Made by a program: the position numbers and the translations under genes. DNA of 64,000 nt from Rhizaria sp. SCN 62-66. Lineage: Eukaryota. Below, piece by piece: positions 56,920-64,000 of the stretch (positions are counted from its first letter, which is position 1; every line of letters starts with the position of its first letter). The stretch spans positions 1-64,000 of the forward strand of contig MEDY01000040.1 of assembly GCA_001724265.1 (NCBI GenBank), in the 5' to 3' direction. The notes below the pieces were generated by a model. The model made no database searches. It saw nothing but the letters and a program-made list of their open reading frames with translations, and had not been told where the DNA came from.

Positions 56920-58849
56920 TTAGAGGATGGAGGCGAGGTTCTCGGGCATCTCGGCGATCTGCATCTGGTAGAAGGCCTCAAGCTCGCGGAGGACCTTGAC
57001 GTCATCGTTGGTGATGAAGTTGATAGCGGTACCCTTCTTACCGAGACGACCAGAGCGGCCGATACGGTGGATGTAGCTCTCGCGGTTGGTGGAAGGAGGG
57101 AGGTCGTAGTTGATAACGAGGGACACCTGCTGGACGTCGATACCACGAGCGAGGAGGTCGGTGGTGATGAGGACGCGGGTGGAGCCGGAGCGGAAATCCT
57201 TGAGAATGCGCTCACGCTCGAGGGGCTGCATGTCGCCGTGCATAGCAGAGACGGTAAAGTCGTCCTTAGTCATCTGCTCGGTGAGCCAGTCGACACGGCC
57301 GCGGGTGTTGCAGAAAATAATCGCCTAGAATAAATAGTCAAGATATATCACACAAAGGACAATAGTTGTGAGTACAAAATTGTTATGATTGGATACGCAT
57401 TTGCACAATGCATATTACTAGAAAATATTGCACCAAGAATCTGTTATCTAGATACATTTTTCATGAAAAAGCAAATGTGCACTTTTGGGTCTTACACAGC
57501 CTCACAAAGCTGTCATTTTTATGTCGTTGCCAATGTTTTGCGTTTGCTCACGTACCTGAGCGATGGTGATGGTGGAGTAGAGGTCAGTAAGAGTCTCGTA
57601 CTTGTACTTCTCATCCTCGACGTTGACGTAGAACTGCTTGATACCCTCGAGAGTGAGCTCCTCGTTACGGACGAGCAGCTTGATAGGGTTACGCATGAAC
57701 TTCTGGGAGATCTCGAGGATCTCGGAGGGCATGGTCGCGGAGCAGAGGACAACCTAAAATAGTCATAACAGTCCAATCAAACAGATGAAGGCAAAGGGTT
57801 AAAAAAAATATTTAGAGACAACGATGTGAATGGGTTGCGATGAAACGTAGCATGAACAGAGATAAAACCGCGTTTAATCAATGCTAAAATATGTGTTTTA
57901 CATATGACAGATACTACGCGTGTGATATTGAGCGTATTCGTACCTGGACCTCGCGGTTGAGGTGCTGGAAGATGTCGTAGATCTGGTCCTTGAAGCCGCG
58001 CGAGAGCATCTCATCAGCCTCATCGAGCACGAACATCTTGCACGCACTGAGGCTGAGGCAGCTGCGCGAGATCATGTCGTAAACGCGGCCAGGGGTGCCG
58101 ACGACGAGGTGAACACCCTCACGGAGCTTGTTCATGTCGTCGCGGACGTTGGTGCCACCGACGCAGGTGTGGGAGGTGATGCGCATGAAGTCGGCGAGGC
58201 GGGACGCGACGGAGCAGATCTGGATGGCGAGCTCGCGGGTAGGGGCGAGGATCAGAGCCTGCGTCTTCTTCTGAGAGACATCGAGGGCCTGGAGGACGGC
58301 GATGGAGAAGGTACCAGTCTTACCAGTACCGGCCTAGAGTGCAGAGCAGAGAACGAGGATCGATCACGCGAACAAAAGAGATATACACAAAGATGAGTAC
58401 GTGTCAGAAAATAAAAATACCAATGAATAGCAAATAGAGATCGTCTATCTAAATATACCAATTCAACGTTGATAGCGAGCGTTGAGAGTTCTACGGGTGC
58501 GTACCTGCGCCTGGATGATAGTGTCGCGGCCGGACATGATGGGGAGGATACCACGCTGCTGGATGACGGAGGGCTTCTCGAAACCGTAGGCGTAGATGCC
58601 ATGGAGGAGGTCGTCGTTGAGCTTCATGTCGTCGAACGACTTGACGACGGCGAAGGTGGAATCGGACTCGACATCGATGTCGTTGTTGACGGCGGAGGTC
58701 TTGGACGACTCGGTCTCCTCCTTCTTGGGGGCGGGAGCGGGGGCAGCGGCAGGGGCGGCGGCGGGAGCAGCGGCCTCGGCGGCGGGGGCGGCCGCGGGGG
58801 CGGCGGCAGCTGCGCGGGGAGCGAGCTTGGAGACAGGCTTGGTAGACAT
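56920..58849 (-). CDS. EIF4A: Translation initiation factor eIF4A (DEAD-box helicase), about 445 aa, 4 exons
   Basis: Exons 58849-58505, 58333-57944, 57753-57556, 57324-56920. Motifs [93 protein letters not shown]. Confidence 0.96.
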
Positions 58850-59675
58850 ACTGTGTCGCCCGCGAGCGGAGCAGCAACAAAGAGGGTGGAGCAGAGAGGC
58901 GCGGGAAGGCAAGGCCGAAAGTTGGAAGAACGGGAAGCAGAAGCGAAGGAGCGACAGAAAGAGTGAGAATAGATACACAAAAGCAAGGAGATGCGACTTT
59001 GAAGCATGTGAGAGCGCGGGAACGGAAGGGGACGGCGCTGGTGGCGGCTGAAGTTAGCTGGCAGCGAGGTCGGCAGCCACACGCTTAGGCATTGTTCGGA
59101 GACGAGCAACAACGAGGGTCCCGCGTGCGGCGGCGTCGGCGGATCGCGGTGGAAAGCGGCGCAACGGACACGGGAAAATAGTTTGGAGCGGGGATTTTGC
59201 GGTTGACACGCTAAGACGCTCGGGGGCGCGCGCGCTGGACGGGGCAAGGGAAATAGGCGAGAGTGCGACGACTTCGGTGGTGGGGCACGCTCTCCTCCCG
59301 CGTTGACCCGGACACGGCTCCGCGCGCTGCGGCGCAATATCACCCGGATAGAACAGATATCAGACAACCTATTGTGATCTATATTAGAACGCTTCTCTGG
59401 CCACGAAAGCGAGAAACCAATCGAGATTGCAGGCCTGCGCACCCCATCTTGCCCACCGACTGTGAGACGGCTTAACTTTTGACTGACCGACACCATTTCA
59501 TTTAATCCTGCACGTCTCATTCATTTTTTGCACTTATCAATTGCATTATACTATAGAAAAGTATTATTGCAAAATTATTACGTTGCTAAAATGCCATATA
59601 TCTGCGTATATTTTAAGGAATATGATAGTTTAGAATGCGGGCTGAGGAGCTGGACCGAAATATTCGGAACTCAAC

Positions 59676-59715
59676 TTTCGCGCCCAAGTTTCGAGACCTC
59701 CGCGCAGCCTTCAAA
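59676..59715 (+). promoter_or_regulatory. Candidate E2F site (TTTCGCGC, 59676-59683) and inverted CHR-like element (TTCAAA, 59710-59715) upstream of the primase gene
   Basis: Exact match to the TTTSSCGC consensus about 245 nt upstream of an S-phase gene. The motifs are short and could occur by chance. Confidence 0.35.
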
Positions 59716-59928
59716 GATCCCATTTGCATACCTTGCCTGATCCGTCAAGAAACTTCTGTGTATGCCCTTAGGCAACAATTTTGACTCACACATCTTTCAC
59801 CTTATTAACTCTTTCTAAGAACTCGGCCGCCCCGCACTAGCGTCCTAGCCGTTCGTCGCTCGCTCCCAACAGTCGTCCTGTTGCATCACAGACCTCACTC
59901 CCCGTCCAGCTCACAACAGACACTCCAG

Positions 59929-61958
59929 ATGTCGATCAGTGCTGACGGCGCTACCGCCGCCCCCGCGGCGTCTAAGCCGAGCATCTACTCGCACAACGCG
60001 AGCGAGACCGGCGTGTCAATCTCCGCCGCCGCCGGCTACTCCACAAAGCTCGCTGCTAACGAGTTTAGCAAGCCCCTGCTGCAGTCGTACTACGACCGCC
60101 TGTTCCCATTCGGCGCCATGTACGACTGGATTACGTACGGCTCTACGGACGTCCTTGAGCGCCGTCGCCGCGAGTACTGCACGACTTTGCGCACGGGCAC
60201 CAACGACGAAGTATTCGTCCGCTATGGCTGCTGCCCCACCAGGTACGTTTCCACTTAGCAGGATATATCTCCGCCATATCGCAACTTTAAGAAACAAAAC
60301 CTTGCCATAGCATGTAATATTAAAGTATACATGTCCCCTCTAAGTTATACTGCGATATACGCTTATCTTGTGCTTAATATTTCATGTGTTGTGTCGGCGT
60401 TGTTTTTTTTAACCACTATTTAGGGACGATTTCCGCAAGCTGATGCGACGCGAGGAGAACGACACGATGGTGCTCAAGCTCGACATCGGCCCTGTGTACA
60501 GCATGGACGTCACCAAGCATGTTGACGCTAACTGCGTCGCTGTCGAGCGCGAGCTTGTCTTCGATATCGATATGGACGAGTATGACAGCGTTCGTACTTG
60601 CTGCACGGGCAAAACCGTCTGCCGCCACTGCTTCCAGTTCCTCATTGCCGCCGTCAAGGTCATTGACGCTGTGATGCGCAACGATTTCGGCTTCAAGCAC
60701 ATCCTGTACGTGTTTTCAGGTCGTCGTGGTGTGCACTGTTGGGTCGCAGACAAGGCGGCGCGCACGATGAGCAAGGAGGTGCGCTCCGCAGTCGTTCAGG
60801 TACGCACATATAACACTGCTTTTAACCGCATTAATGCTATGCGATTCTATTTAAACTTATATAGTTAGACTTTTGATTTATATTCACATTTTTAATTGTT
60901 GGCTTCATCGATAGTTAGTCTAATGTAAATGGTATATACTTCATTGTGTTATCCTGTCGTCATTCTTTCAGTACCTTCACATCGACACGCAGTCCAAGGA
61001 GCAGATGAGCGACATCGTCCTTCGCCACCCTACCGTGCAGCGCTCGATCGATCTTCTGGCCGAAATCTACCCCACGGTGCTTGAGACTCAGCGCATCTTC
61101 CACGATGCGACGCAAAAGGCCAAGCTTTTCAGCGAGTTTGCCACCACTCCGGGCTTTGCGCTGCCCAAGACCGGCACTGACCCCGTCACGCAGTGGTATG
61201 TATCTCGAACATATCTTTGCAAAATCAAAATATAATGTATTTGTACAAGTTATTGCACAATGATGACATTTACCTCGAGTTTGAGTCTATAAAATGAAGA
61301 TCTGACTGATCTATCCTTTATTTTGTTACTTTTGACGTGCTTTTCACTGCAGGCACGCGACTGTGGCTGAGGCGCGCCGTCTCAACGCCCGCAATGTCAA
61401 GGCTAGCACCCGCGAATACGTCGACAAGCGTATCCTGCTGCATCATTTGTACCCGCGCCTCGATATTGAAGTCAGTAAGCACGTCAACCACTTGCTTAAG
61501 GCGCCCTTTTGCATTCACCCGGCCACCGGCAAGGTGTGCGTGCCCCTCGACATCAAGGTACATAAAACACGCTATATCTCATGCCGTTCTTCATATTTAA
61601 TGTATTCAGTCAATTACACCATGGGTGTGTTTATTATTCATGTTTTTTGTTCGTTTAACTTAATTTCTCACTTATATTTGCTCCATTTTGTTGTTTTGTG
61701 CGTGAATCGTACGTCCAGACGATTGACTCATTCGACCCGGACACGGTGCCGACGATGGCGCATATTCTCAACGAGCTCAACGCGGCCGACGTCAACAGCC
61801 GCGTGACCGGTGACGAAGCGGCTGCGCGCACGTCTCTCGCGCCCTATGTCAAGTTCTTCAACAAGTTTGTGAAGGATTTGCTGCTTGATGAAAAGGCGGC
61901 TGAGGGCAATGGGGCCAAGGGCGAGGATGATGACGACGACGACGATCTTGACTTTTGA
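59929..61958 (+). CDS. PRIM1: DNA primase small (catalytic) subunit, about 452 aa, 5 exons
   Basis: Exons 59929-60242, 60424-60799, 60972-61195, 61353-61557, 61719-61958. Motifs [74 protein letters not shown]. Confidence 0.96.
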
Positions 61959-62705
61959 TATCATATCGCGAAGTTAAGCTGAAACCGACTGGAAACACAC
62001 ATGCCGACACGACCTGCCACATCGCCCGATAATGGGGTTTTCATTGACATTGCCGACAAACCTATCACGATGATATAAGCTTAAAATTGCAATTTTATAG
62101 CTAATTCTCTCTGTACGCACCTAACTAGTAACCGGTAACGATCTGACCACAAAAGGATTCTACACAACCTCACAGCTACCTACACAAAACCAGATGGCGG
62201 CAGGATGACGGGCTAACGTGTTATTCACCGGGTTTTGAAATTGTTTTGCATTCAAATATGTACGCACTCGGACGGTTTCATAAGCCGTCATGCCAGTCTT
62301 GGGTGATGAGTAAGTTGGTGGTGGTTCTGTTCACGTTTATATTAGCTCCGTAGTCATTTTTTTTATAGTTTATTGTTTGTTTCTGTCAGGTCACTTTTGT
62401 TCCAACAAGTGTTCAATACATTCACATGTTTATTTTTCCGATTCAAGTGCTGACGATACACAACAACATACTGTATGCTATACAATTATGCCAATATTGC
62501 TATCGCTCTTGCCTTGCACTCCTTTGCATTTGCACTCAACGAACGAGCCACACTAGTGATAACAAGTCATGTGAGTATAAAAATATGATTACTTCTATAC
62601 ATTCTAGGTAATTAATCGGCACGATAGTGCTTTGTTGTTATGCTTAGTCGTTTCACCGTCGACCTGACTGTGGCTCCTTGACTCGTAGCTGCGTAGTCGT
62701 GTTGT

Positions 62706-63928
62706 TTAGGCAGTCTCATCGTAGAACTGGTTGAGGCTGGACTCAAGCACGGGGATGCTGTACTGCACGTACTTACCGGGCTTGGTAGAGAACGTGAGGT
62801 TCTCATACGTAGCCAAAAATGTACGGTAGCGCGGCAGTATGAGGTCGATGTTCGTCGCACGGAGCTAACAAAAGAAGTGACAAACAAGAAAAGCAGATGT
62901 AAGTGAGGCAAATGAACATATATCAGCCTGAAACTTAACTTAATACAACAATAAGCAACACAAAAATACAAATTTAAAGCAATTTCATGCACATTTGTGT
63001 TCGAAGCGTCATGGTATTCGGGTAAAACGTTGACATACCTGACCGCGCAAGTCTGCGTCGGGGATGGGATATGCCCTCTGTGTGCGGTAGATCTCATCAA
63101 ACGTGGTGTTAAAGCCCGCAAACTTCCTCTTGATTGTCGGCTTGACCGAGTCCGGCACCAGTGACCCCTTACACTGTGCCAGGATCTGCGGCGCGTCTTC
63201 CACAGAGAGATAAGTTAAGACGCGTCCCCAGGTCGCCGTTGAATAAGCCGCCTGAGCCTCACGCATTTTGCCGACATACCGTACCTCGGCACCGCGGCCC
63301 AGGGCCAGGCCGGAGCGGGAGGCGGCGCGGAAGATGTAGTGGTAGTTGTTGAGCAGGAACAGCGCAGACAGGGCCGGGGCGCGCGACGCAGTGCTAAACA
63401 GGGTGATATCAAGCGAAAAGCAGAGAAAAGAAAGAGAAAACGTTATCCAATGACGTGAGAGTGAGAAATAAGAACAAATAAGTCACACAAAAGAAACTTT
63501 AGCATATGACACAATAAATGTATACTTTTGCGATTAGAGTGCGAAATATAACGTACTTTTGCGCTTGTTTCTCGAGGGTCTGCTCGAGCGAGAGCATGAG
63601 CATGCGCAGCAGCCTGTGCACCAGCGGCTCGTCGTCGTCCGCGTCATCACCCAGCACACCAGCAGCCGTGGTCGCGGCAGCGGCGGCGGCGGCGTTGGCG
63701 GCAGCCGTGGCGGCGGCACCCGAGACGGAGAGGATCGAGTCTGAGAGCTGGTTGATGACGTCAGCGTAGCCAGACAGTTGGCTGAGTAGTGTCAGTGTAT
63801 CAACGGTTAAACCGGAGACGGAGCCCTTGTTGGAGGCGCGCGCCAGAGAGGTCTTGTCGGGGCGGTAGTCGGTGATCGCTGCGTGCTGCTCACGTACCGC
63901 CGTCGCCACAGCCTCGGCCACTTGGCGC
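62706..63928 (-). CDS. EXO70: Exocyst subunit EXO70, 3' part (continues beyond the window)
   Basis: Exons 63928-63557, 63393-63039, 62864-62706. Motifs GSVSGLT, LSALFLLNNYHYI, YSTATWGRV, IKRKFAGFNTTFDEIYRTQRAYPIPDADLR, ILPRYRTFL, KPGKYVQYS...QFYD; TAA stop. Confidence 0.9.
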
Positions 63929-64000
63929 CTGTTATCAGCAGGAGAGAGAGAGAGAGAGAGGGAAAGAGCAATGCAAAACAAGGATTGAGGTACATTTGAT

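Noticed and set aside
58316-58333. eIF4A motif I reads AQAGTGKT rather than AQSGTGKT
   Set aside because: It is a variable position next to a splice junction; GKT and the other motifs are intact.
3109-63928. SLY1, VPS53 and EXO70 as a trafficking gene cluster
   Set aside because: They are about 22-31 kb apart with unrelated genes in between, consistent with chance.
1061-63995. Many long overlapping or antisense ORFs (e.g. 23282-25231 +, 14485-16080 +, 29990-31594 -)
   Set aside because: These are shadows of GC-rich, codon-biased, trinucleotide-repeat exons and have no independent motifs.

Overview
Gene-dense nuclear DNA from a eukaryote, probably a SAR protist and possibly a rhizarian (inferred from CDPK features). 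Exons are GC-rich and full of Ala/Asn/Gln/Ser/Gly runs. The 19 reconstructable introns are AT-rich and 139-253 nt, and 18 begin GTAYG. Contents: tRNA-Leu(AAG), TAF4-like, SLY1, a giant PP2C, a secreted Arg/Pro-rich precursor-like protein, phospholipase B-like, a TTP/ZFP36-type tandem CCCH protein, VPS53, CDPK, an AAAP amino-acid transporter, MSH5, a large coiled-coil protein, a Ubl-NZF-UIM-like protein, eIF4A, the primase small subunit and the 3' part of EXO70. No mobile elements, CRISPR or rRNA were seen. Best leads: (1) one in-frame TAG-C splits a 1557-codon CCCH reading frame (readthrough, recoding or error), and the only other TAG stop is also followed by in-frame coding-like sequence; (2) a secreted protein with repeated acidic dipeptide spacers and polyArg/Pro modules; (3) donor-less splice-acceptor-like sites before several start codons, suggesting spliced-leader trans-splicing. 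All gene models are manual and lack transcript support.
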